A stretch of 47,605 bases of DNA, from positions 1 to 47,605 of the IMG/VR virus record IMGVR_UViG_3300027813_000022; one strand, 5' to 3'. The notes under the pieces are model-generated. The model ran no database searches, was not told where the DNA came from, and worked only from the letters and a program-made list of their open reading frames with translations. Source of the DNA: a virus. Taxonomy: Duplodnaviria; Caudoviricetes. Both the position numbers and the translations under genes were made by a program. Shown piece after piece: positions 9,855 to 17,657 of the stretch (position 1 is the stretch's first letter; each line of letters starts with the position of its first letter).

Positions 9855-10629
9855 CTAGGTCCTCCGGTATAGTTTTGTCCAAGTAGTGCCAAACTCTGTG
9901 CATTCGTTGGCTTCCAACTATAATCTTTTCATTAATTTTAAATGGCGACAAGTATTCTGTTGTTCTACCTTGTATGTCTGGTTTGTTGTGTACAAATTTA
10001 AACCACGGATAATTGATCAATTGCTGTTGTGTTGGGTCCATTATTCTATATGCAAGTGCATACACGACATCTGTGCTTGGGTATTCATCATGACAAGCAA
10101 CCAACATTGTTTCTTTTACTTCTTTCCAGTTTAATGTTATTTCTTCGCATAGTTTAAAGAACTCTTGTGCATGTGTGCTTCTTCGAAAATAACTTAGACC
10201 ATTATAAAGGTTGGGCAAATTATTTCTGATGAATAGTTTTCTATAAGATATATTTTTAATATTATTGTCTTTGTAATCTTTACAGTCCACAGCAAAAACT
10301 AAATCGTGTTGCCACAGATAATTCCACCACCAATCTGTATTTGCTGTCCACAGCATATCACTTTCTAATTTTATTGTGTGTGTAAACGGAGACAATTGAA
10401 ATGCTTTATATTCATTTGCCCATTTAATTTTGTGTTCTGCACTTTCGTCTGTGTGCATAACTTTAACAACATCCACATACTCACTCTCAAATTTACTTTT
10501 CTCATCTGTTACAACACAGATTGCATTTTCTTTGTTGTGTTGTTTGATAGATTTTGCAAGTGCTATGCTACATTTAACATAATCTGTTGTATCATTGTTC
10601 TGTGCAAACCAAAGAAATCCTTTAGACAT
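9838..10629 (-). CDS. Glycosyltransferase-like protein (GT-A/GT8-like, DxD altered to ESD)
   Basis: LSPFTHTIKLESDML; paralogous to the adjacent gene. Confidence 0.6.
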   Translation of the reverse strand: MSKGFLWFAQNNDTTDYVKCSIALAKSIKQHNKENAICVVTDEKSKFESEYVDVVKVMHTDESAEHKIKWANEYKAFQLSPFTHTIKLESDMLWTANTDWWWNYLWQHDLVFAVDCKDYKDNNIKNISYRKLFIRNNLPNLYNGLSYFRRSTHAQEFFKLCEEITLNWKEVKETMLVACHDEYPSTDVVYALAYRIMDPTQQQLINYPWFKFVHNKPDIQGRTTEYLSPFKINEKIIVGSQRMHRVWHYLDKTIPEDLDARIF

Positions 10630-11371
10630 TGAATATCTCCTTGCTGATTAAATGTACATCTTGATTCTCTATTTCATTTATTTTGTCATCATATTCAAAC
10701 ACAATACCTGTGTCTTTTACTTCAAGTATTTTTGCAAGTGCAGGCAATGTGGGTATCTTGCCAGGCAAAAATGTTTGCTGTGTGTTTCCGTTGACTTGGT
10801 TCATTGCCATACTAAAGGCATAATCATTTCTGAAGTTAGGAAAACTTATTCTATAAAGTTTACAAAAATATTGATAATGCTGTTTGATATATTTGACCAT
10901 ATCAAATATACGTTTTGCTCTATGTGTCTTTTTAAACACTATCACTGTTGCCCATAGCATAGGTATTATTGAATCTTGTCTGAAATTATATACATCCTTG
11001 CCTGTGAGGTCATGAATTTTATCATGTATTAGAAAATCATTATCAATGTTTGTGTAGGTTAATAAGTTATCTGTGTAGCAAAAATAATCACAGTCCATAA
11101 GAATTGTAGTATCATAGGGAGAATGCTCATATGCGTAACATCTTTCTAGTTGATTCCACTGCTCTTTATTCCTTTTATTGCCCAGTTCTGGTTCTATCAA
11201 CTTGTAATTGATCATTCCCAAGGGCTTAAACTTTTTAAAAGTTTCTGCATCTGTTACTATGGTGATTTCTAACTTGAGATTCTTTTTGATTAGTTCAACA
11301 CAACGTTCTGCAATTCGATGATAGTCGTAGGTAGGGGTATTTGAACAATACAACAACACACCTGTAGACAT
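10622..11371 (-). CDS. Glycosyltransferase-like protein (GT-A/GT8-like)
   Basis: HSPYDTTILMDCDYF (DxD), FRNDYAF. Confidence 0.65.
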   Translation of the reverse strand: MSTGVLLYCSNTPTYDYHRIAERCVELIKKNLKLEITIVTDAETFKKFKPLGMINYKLIEPELGNKRNKEQWNQLERCYAYEHSPYDTTILMDCDYFCYTDNLLTYTNIDNDFLIHDKIHDLTGKDVYNFRQDSIIPMLWATVIVFKKTHRAKRIFDMVKYIKQHYQYFCKLYRISFPNFRNDYAFSMAMNQVNGNTQQTFLPGKIPTLPALAKILEVKDTGIVFEYDDKINEIENQDVHLISKEIFNV

Positions 11372-11372
11372 A

Positions 11373-11684
11373 CTATCTCCTTTTAAAAGTTTCGTGTATC
11401 TGACTGTAGGCGTTCAGTGTTTCTTGATTTCTCTCTAGTAATTTGTTAAGAAATTCCGTTGGATCTTTAATCTCGCAAGGATTGTTGTTTGTGTCCAGCA
11501 CAAAAAATGTGTCCTTGTGTTCGCTTAAAGTTTTTACCAAACAGATTGTTTGGGCATCTGCTTTGAATAGATGCTCGTTGTGTGCAATTATCTGTCTCGA
11601 TTCTGATCTTTCCAGTGCGTTCTTTTTTGCAACTGAAATATCATAAGATAGATCTGCTTTTTGTTTTAGTTCGCCTGCATTCAT
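11373..11684 (-). CDS. Hypothetical protein, first gene of the enzyme operon
   Basis: 103-aa ORF immediately downstream of a promoter-like element. Confidence 0.7.
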   Translation of the reverse strand: MNAGELKQKADLSYDISVAKKNALERSESRQIIAHNEHLFKADAQTICLVKTLSEHKDTFFVLDTNNNPCEIKDPTEFLNKLLERNQETLNAYSQIHETFKRR

Positions 11685-11690
11685 ACCGTA

Positions 11691-11719
11691 AGTATACAGT
11701 AATTATGGCCAAAAGCCAA
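11691..11719 (-). promoter_or_regulatory. Sigma70-like promoter TTGGCT-N17-TATACT, 6 nt before the ATG at 11684
   Basis: Minus strand reads GTTGGCTtttggccataattactgTATACTtacggtATG; matches the element at 43650-43678. Confidence 0.65.
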
Positions 11720-11746
11720 CCAACTAAAAGTTATTTGGTTAAGTTA

Positions 11747-12718
11747 TTATGATGTCGAGTTAGACACAACCGCAGTTGAACTTTCAACAATCGCTGAACT
11801 TAAACCCTGTGCATTTGTTACACTTGTAACAAATATTTGGGCTCTGTGTGTTCCATTTCTGTCCGGAGTTGCATCTACACTTGAAGTGTTACCACTTGTG
11901 TAAGTGTCATCTGCCGCACCGTCATTTGCTGTCGTCTTAACAGTCATTATCGTAGCTGAACCAACTGATGCATTCAATTTAACATGAACGTCGATGTAGT
12001 TAGCAGTGTATGGTGATGTTGCTTCTGTTAATCTAATAAGGTGTGTGTAACCTGTGCCTAGATCATGGAACCCATTTGCTAAACCATTTGTTGTTAATGT
12101 TTCGCCTGATCCTGATCTTGTTGAAGCCTGTGATGCTATGTCAATGTTACCTAGTGCCGCATACAAGTTAGTCCAGTTGGAGTCTTTAGTAGTTGCTCCA
12201 CCGCCTGTTGCGCCGTTACCTGTTCTTGATTTTGCAACTCTAATTTTTCCACCTGCGTTAAAAAAGTGTCTCATTTTGTTTGCGTCTGAAAAAGTTACTG
12301 AGTGTTCTACTGTGTGTGCGCCTGTCCACGTTGAACTTGAATCTGAAGTTTGTTTTGCACTTGAAGTTGTAAGTGCTGTTGCACTTGTCGAACCACCTGC
12401 AACCGAAGCCGCTAGTGTTGCCAAGTCTGAGGCAACCGCCGACAAAATAGCTACTGAGTCACCTGATGAAACTGCTGATCTAGAAGTCATTGTATCGTTA
12501 GTGTGATTTGCGACGTTAGTGATTCCTGTCATTAGTGCGTTCCACTGTGATGCATTTACTGTACCACCCGCTGAAACTGTTGAAATTGCTGATTGTCCTA
12601 ATCCGTACTGTGCAGACCCTGTTCCTGCAAAGTGATTGTATCCGAAAGGACTTGAACTGTTGTTAACGAATGCGTTGTATTCGTCATCTAATATTGTTGC
12701 GCCTGCTGTATATGCCAT
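11747..12718 (-). CDS. Virion structural protein (tail/fibre-associated)
   Basis: Ser/Thr/Gly/Ala-rich; MAYTAG start; RHFFNAGGKI motif; sits in the tail-fibre cluster. Confidence 0.65.
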   Translation of the reverse strand: MAYTAGATILDDEYNAFVNNSSSPFGYNHFAGTGSAQYGLGQSAISTVSAGGTVNASQWNALMTGITNVANHTNDTMTSRSAVSSGDSVAILSAVASDLATLAASVAGGSTSATALTTSSAKQTSDSSSTWTGAHTVEHSVTFSDANKMRHFFNAGGKIRVAKSRTGNGATGGGATTKDSNWTNLYAALGNIDIASQASTRSGSGETLTTNGLANGFHDLGTGYTHLIRLTEATSPYTANYIDVHVKLNASVGSATIMTVKTTANDGAADDTYTSGNTSSVDATPDRNGTHRAQIFVTSVTNAQGLSSAIVESSTAVVSNSTS

Positions 12719-12721
12719 TTG

Positions 12722-14332
12722 TTAATTAACTCCTATCACACATTCTGTTAATGTTGTTTCTTCGTTGTATTTATGTTTGATCAACCTACCTATGGTGTTA
12801 AAAGCGGTACATTCGTCTATTTCTGCCACCCTTGCTTCACCATTTCCGGCACTCACTAAACGGTCACCCGCTTTGCCTATGCCCACTAATTTTACCATTA
12901 CACGTCCTTTGAGTGCTATCATAGGATGTGTGTCATTGTTTCCTGCTTGAGCATTCATTAAAAACGCCGGACTGTCACTTACTACACCAAAAACCTGATC
13001 GCACAGCTCTTTGTTGCATTTTGTAATCTCTGCATGACCGCCTAGCATCACTACATCGCCCACTTCGGTCTCACAATCAGCTTCATATCTCTCTGCCAAG
13101 TCAGCATATTGTGCCGATGTTGATGTTGCGTGTACTATGTTTGCTCTTATATCTACCAGTGTAGCCGCTGATGGAAATAAATCTTGGTCTGATGCAGATT
13201 TAAATGCTGTCCAGGCACCGCCCGCATCGCCGGCGAATGTTTCATCCCATACCCAATATAAATCTTGCTCAGTTACTGTTGATGCTTCGCCTCTGTTTAC
13301 TTTTAAACCTGAGTAGTTTGGCATACCTGCATTGTTAGATATGTTTCTGTTTAATTCTATAATGTTATCTTCAACAGATAGTGTTGTTGTGTTCAACACA
13401 GTGTTTGTACCTTCAACTGTTATGTCACCAACTCTTAAATGTTCTATTCTTCCTGTTGACCCTTGAATTCTTAATGCTTCTTTCGTTGTTCCACCATCAT
13501 TTACTGTAAAAATAATATCTTTATCTTGTGTGGTTTGTGCAATAGTTAAGTTATCACTCACTAAACTCATTGTAATATCTGAACCAGCACCTAGTATTAA
13601 ACCTGTATCATTTAGAATACTAAAAGAACTTGTTGTTGAATCATTTTGATCTGAACGTAGATAGTTTGCCGCGGCAACTCCGCCCAGTGAATCTGAGTTT
13701 GTAGCTGTGCCTCTGAATTTATTTGATGTTACTGCTGTTGATAATGTTAACCCTTGTGCAACTGTGCTAAAGCCTGCTGTTACTAATGCAGTTCCTGAAG
13801 TGGCTGTTGAGCTTGGTATAAATGCTATGTTGGATACTATGCCTACCACAGCATCATTGGCAATCATTTTTAAGATTGATCTGTTAACTCCTGTTGAGTC
13901 CTCTACAGAATCTGTTGAAAAAACTGTTTGTCCTGTTCCTGCAACTGTTGTTGGTCCAATCAGTGTCCAAGCAGTGCCATTATAAACATACAACTGTCTG
14001 TTGTTTGTGTCAAACCATGTGTCGCCTAGTACGGCATTTGCCGGAGCGGTTGTCGAGTTAGCTGTTGATCCAACTGGCTTAAATTTTGTTCCGTCGTAAA
14101 CGTTAATTTGTTTGTTTGTCTGATCAAACCAAAGTTGACCTTGAATTTTATTGTTGGGAGCAGATGTGTTGTTAAAGTTTTCTAAAAGTTTAACAAGGTT
14201 TTCGTTTAGTTTCTCACCAAAACCTGCATAGCCTTTTCCTATAAGTGTAAGGTCAGTAGTCGCAACATCAATTGTTCCGTCTGCTAGGCTAACCAATAAG
14301 GTTCCGAATGTGTTGTTAATTTTATATGCCAT
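12722..14332 (-). CDS. Tail fibre protein with C-terminal peptidase-G2-type intramolecular chaperone
   Basis: Shared N-terminal GKGYAGFGE..LLENF..GQLWFD module; TSAQYADLAERY then GDVV..GVVS..P..IALKGRV. Confidence 0.75.
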   Translation of the reverse strand: MAYKINNTFGTLLVSLADGTIDVATTDLTLIGKGYAGFGEKLNENLVKLLENFNNTSAPNNKIQGQLWFDQTNKQINVYDGTKFKPVGSTANSTTAPANAVLGDTWFDTNNRQLYVYNGTAWTLIGPTTVAGTGQTVFSTDSVEDSTGVNRSILKMIANDAVVGIVSNIAFIPSSTATSGTALVTAGFSTVAQGLTLSTAVTSNKFRGTATNSDSLGGVAAANYLRSDQNDSTTSSFSILNDTGLILGAGSDITMSLVSDNLTIAQTTQDKDIIFTVNDGGTTKEALRIQGSTGRIEHLRVGDITVEGTNTVLNTTTLSVEDNIIELNRNISNNAGMPNYSGLKVNRGEASTVTEQDLYWVWDETFAGDAGGAWTAFKSASDQDLFPSAATLVDIRANIVHATSTSAQYADLAERYEADCETEVGDVVMLGGHAEITKCNKELCDQVFGVVSDSPAFLMNAQAGNNDTHPMIALKGRVMVKLVGIGKAGDRLVSAGNGEARVAEIDECTAFNTIGRLIKHKYNEETTLTECVIGVN

Positions 14333-14340
14333 ATCTTATT

Positions 14341-14517
14341 CTAGTTGGATTTGTTGTCTCTAACTTCTGTTAAGAAACTGACATCACCTACTAATTTAAT
14401 TAAAATTTCTGCATATTCTGGTGTCAGCATTTGATCCATCTTTGCCTGCTCTTCTGCTGTCCATATAGACTCGAAATTATCGTTGATATAGTCTGCTACT
14501 TCTTCTTTTGTTGCCAT
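14341..14517 (-). CDS. Unannotated 58-aa acidic protein MATKEEVADYINDNFESIWTAEEQAKMDQMLTPEYAEILIKLVGDVSFLTEVRDNKSN
   Basis: Translated by hand; SD TAAGGAG; late-promoter-like AATAAATA 20 nt upstream. Confidence 0.75.
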   Translation of the reverse strand: MATKEEVADYINDNFESIWTAEEQAKMDQMLTPEYAEILIKLVGDVSFLTEVRDNKSN

Positions 14518-14537
14518 TTAAATGTACTCCTTATGCT

Positions 14538-14545
14538 TATTTATT
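14538..14545 (-). promoter_or_regulatory. Late-promoter-like box AATAAATA
   Basis: Variant of T4 late consensus TATAAATA; contains the TAA stop of the upstream gene. Confidence 0.5.
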
Positions 14546-15011
14546 GTTTAGATCGTTGCTTTTCGATTTGCTCGTCATCTGATATCCATTCTAAGTCTTT
14601 GGTGTAAGATCCGTCTAAATCACGCAAAAAGGTCTTAACATTACTCTCTGTAAGCACCATTTTGTGGTATTTTTGATATCGTTTGTGCAGTGCTTGTTCA
14701 CCTGTTGCTGTGTAGACCAGTTTCATGCCCTTGGATTTTGCTAGTTGCATTATTTTATCTATGCACAGGACCAATGCTTTGTGTGTCTGTATCGGTTTTG
14801 CCTTCATATCAACCACAACCCACTCCATGAAAGAGAATGTTGTTCCTATACCTATGTACAGTCCTGCGGCACATATAGGTTTGCCCTCATCTTCCACAAT
14901 AATCCCGTCCGGTGGTAGGCACTCTTTTGGCACCACACCAAACTCCCAGTCAGTCCACCACTTAACCAGTGTGTCATAATCAGTATCTCTATTCCATAAT
15001 CTATCTTGCAT
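14541..15011 (-). CDS. GNAT-like acyltransferase-fold protein
   Basis: GIIVEDEGKPICAAGLY strands, helix then AKSKGMKLVYT pattern typical of GNAT folds. Confidence 0.5.
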   Translation of the reverse strand: MQDRLWNRDTDYDTLVKWWTDWEFGVVPKECLPPDGIIVEDEGKPICAAGLYIGIGTTFSFMEWVVVDMKAKPIQTHKALVLCIDKIMQLAKSKGMKLVYTATGEQALHKRYQKYHKMVLTESNVKTFLRDLDGSYTKDLEWISDDEQIEKQRSKQ

Positions 15012-15582
15012 TTTTTTGTATCACTATTCTGTTAATGTTAAATGTTGATTCGAAACAGTAACGCACTGCTTCTGCTACTTCGTCTGTTTTTAATTTAGGA
15101 AGACTTTCCCACATACCTTTTATCATATCTGTATCGACAACATCCGGACAAATATCATACACTGACAAAGGTTTAGTAAATAGATCTTCTTGTAGATCAC
15201 TTACATATTGAATCAAATGTTCTTTGTGCCAACAGTACTCATTGTAGTCGGCACCATAATTATCCTCATCTTTACCTTCTGGTGTTCCGGATGTGCTTGT
15301 TATAACTGCAATCTTTTTATAATGATGATGAAATGAACTGTAAATTCTTTTTAGCAATTGATATTGTCCTGTACCTGCGTATGCATTTACTACAACTAGA
15401 TCGCAATCTGCAATCTTTGTAATTATTGCTTCTTGGTTTGTTGCTAAATCATAGCCGTTGCTTCTGCTTAATCCTACAACTTGATAATTCTTTTTTCTGT
15501 ACAGATCAGATATGGCTTTGCCTATACCTTTGGTATGACCAATTATAGCAATCTTATTTTTGTTTTCTTGATTCATATACAT
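15001..15582 (-). CDS. Short-chain dehydrogenase/reductase-like protein
   Basis: IAIIGHTKGIG Rossmann motif, VVNA, TS, YCWHK (YxxxK), PDVVDTDM. Confidence 0.8.
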   Translation of the reverse strand: MYMNQENKNKIAIIGHTKGIGKAISDLYRKKNYQVVGLSRSNGYDLATNQEAIITKIADCDLVVVNAYAGTGQYQLLKRIYSSFHHHYKKIAVITSTSGTPEGKDEDNYGADYNEYCWHKEHLIQYVSDLQEDLFTKPLSVYDICPDVVDTDMIKGMWESLPKLKTDEVAEAVRYCFESTFNINRIVIQKNAR

Positions 15583-16222
15583 CTACTAGATTTTCTAGTC
15601 CTTCAAAACATTCTGAATAGTGTTGGTAATACTTTTCAAACTTCTCTTTAGTGTATAGTGATTCTTTGTAAAAGTCAATTAATAATGTAGTTCTCTCACC
15701 TGGATTGTTATTGAATCCGTTGTGTAGTTGTATGTCTGGTTGGAATACATACGCTTCACCTGTTTTCCAAGTGTACAGTTCCTGCTTTTTAGTTTCAGGA
15801 TTCATCACATACATACCACTATCAGGTCCTCCACCATCGTCTAAACACATCTGATATCTCCACCCTCCCTCATCATCAGTATGATTACCAATTTTTGTTT
15901 CAGGACCTACAGTCATTATTGCTACATTTGTTTTGTACGGAAATTTTCTTAGTATCGAATACAGCATAGGATAATCGTTAAATGATTGACCTTCGTGTTC
16001 GCCTGATTGCACTCCCAATGCTTTCCACTGCCCATGCACATAGTCACCAGACTTGTCATCGAAGTCATCCGGAAGTCCCCTTACGCTGTCTGAGAAGTCT
16101 TCTGGATCTAAGAATATCTTGTTGGGTTGGGAATCAAATTCATGTTTGATCTCTGCAAAATGTTTTTCTAGTTTTAGGAAGCATTCGCCTTGCTGTCCGT
16201 GGTAATATGATTTATTAAGCAT
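15554..16222 (-). CDS. 2OG-Fe(II) oxygenase, aspartyl/asparaginyl beta-hydroxylase family
   Basis: GQWKA, HTD, WKTGEAYVF, LHNGFN, ERTTLLIDF (HxD..H..R). Confidence 0.8.
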   Translation of the reverse strand: MLNKSYYHGQQGECFLKLEKHFAEIKHEFDSQPNKIFLDPEDFSDSVRGLPDDFDDKSGDYVHGQWKALGVQSGEHEGQSFNDYPMLYSILRKFPYKTNVAIMTVGPETKIGNHTDDEGGWRYQMCLDDGGGPDSGMYVMNPETKKQELYTWKTGEAYVFQPDIQLHNGFNNNPGERTTLLIDFYKESLYTKEKFEKYYQHYSECFEGLENLVDVYESRKQK

Positions 16223-17651
16223 TTAGTATATTAACATTTTTATCATGTATCTGTCTATCATGATCTTGCCAATTACTAAAAAATTGTTCGCCGTGGTTGG
16301 TTAGTTCTTGTTGTTCACTCAATTCAAAGTAATCTGTAAACTCTGTGTTGTTAATGATAATTCTTCTATTTTCGTTACCAAACACATACACTATTACTTC
16401 GTCATCACCTAATGATTTGCCAAGTCTACTGTCTTCAACTCTCGTCCATGCGCCATCTTCTTTAACCATGTGTGTTCCTGATACTTGGATGCCGTTGTAA
16501 TCATACAAATTGTCTATTAAGAATTTACCTGTTGCAAATACTTTTCCACCAACCGAAACTGTATCGCCTATGTCTACTTGCTCTACTGGTTTCAATGAAC
16601 CGTCATGCATAGATATCATTGTACCTGCTATGAAACAACCACCGCCACCTGATCCACCTGATGCTCCACTGGCCCCTGATGAGTTACCAAAGCCATTTGC
16701 TGTTGAAATAAAATTAATTCCTGAGTTAAACATGGCTTTCCATGCTCCACCTACTTTAATGTATCCTGCTGTAACCTGTTTCCATACGCCTGATGCTTTT
16801 GTAAACATGTTGTTAACACTTTTCCATGTGCCTGAAACTTTTGTGTTTGCTTGTACACTGACGTTCATCACAACAACTGCATAACCGTTTGATCCTGTAC
16901 TTGCTGGACTTCCTCCAACTGATCCTCCGTGATAGTATGCTTCTCCTGTACCACCTGGTGTTACTCCTGATGCTAATACACCTGTGCCTCCAGTTTGTAC
17001 CAAACTTAAACCTGAGTGTCCGCCTTGCCCTGTGTTGTCTCCAGATCCACCTGCTCCACCACTGCCGCCGACAAATCCGCCGCCGCCAGCACCACCACCA
17101 CCTCCGTCTCCAGAGTGGCCTCCACCATTTTGTCCTAGTGTACTTGGTGATTGTCCGTGTGCTGAGTTTGTATTAATTCCCGATGTTGATCCTGAGTGAT
17201 TACCTGCACCACCTCCACCTGACCCACCGCCGGCTATGTGTATTGCTGTTCCGTTAAGTGTTACTAGTGTGGCTCCTCCGCCACCACCTCCACCACCTGA
17301 GTATGGTCTTGGTCCTGCTGATCCGCCTGTTCCGCCTGAATAATCTGTTAAACTTTTTCCGTTGTGTCCACCTGGTGCTCCACCTCCTGATGATCCACCT
17401 CCTGCTCCGCCGCCTACTGCGACTTGTAAAGTGTTTCCTATATTACTTGCTATCGAGGCCGCACCTGCTCCGGTGTAACCTATGTGTTTCATGAAATGCC
17501 CACCTGTACCTGGACCACCTGGATTATCATCTGGTCCACCACCGCCTCCGGCGCCGCCCCATAGATATACATCGATAGAAATAGTTCCTGGTGGAACTGT
17601 TACTTCTTGTACTGTACCTGTGTAGGAAAATTTATTAACTATTGCGACCAT
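16215..17651 (-). CDS. Glycine-rich adhesin/tail-tip-like protein with C-terminal Hint domain
   Basis: WGGAGGGG / AVGGG / IAGGGSGGG poly-Gly loops; three KxxGxWK repeats; GGGG|CFIAGTMISMHDGSLKPVEQVDIGDTV is Hint block A (Cys339). Confidence 0.75.
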   Translation of the reverse strand: MVAIVNKFSYTGTVQEVTVPPGTISIDVYLWGGAGGGGGPDDNPGGPGTGGHFMKHIGYTGAGAASIASNIGNTLQVAVGGGAGGGSSGGGAPGGHNGKSLTDYSGGTGGSAGPRPYSGGGGGGGGATLVTLNGTAIHIAGGGSGGGGAGNHSGSTSGINTNSAHGQSPSTLGQNGGGHSGDGGGGGAGGGGFVGGSGGAGGSGDNTGQGGHSGLSLVQTGGTGVLASGVTPGGTGEAYYHGGSVGGSPASTGSNGYAVVVMNVSVQANTKVSGTWKSVNNMFTKASGVWKQVTAGYIKVGGAWKAMFNSGINFISTANGFGNSSGASGASGGSGGGGCFIAGTMISMHDGSLKPVEQVDIGDTVSVGGKVFATGKFLIDNLYDYNGIQVSGTHMVKEDGAWTRVEDSRLGKSLGDDEVIVYVFGNENRRIIINNTEFTDYFELSEQQELTNHGEQFFSNWQDHDRQIHDKNVNILNA

Positions 17652-17657
17652 AAAGGA

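Noticed and set aside
11718-11740. Intrinsic terminator after the tail genes (AACCAA..TTGGTT)
   Set aside because: Weak AT-rich stem, large loop and no immediate U-tract
16215-16637. Mobile intein
   Set aside because: No homing endonuclease, no terminal His-Asn plus nucleophile, and only a short C-terminal tail
16889-17494. Plus-strand Pro-rich and His/Leu-rich ORFs
   Set aside because: Antisense shadows of the poly-Gly codons of the adhesin
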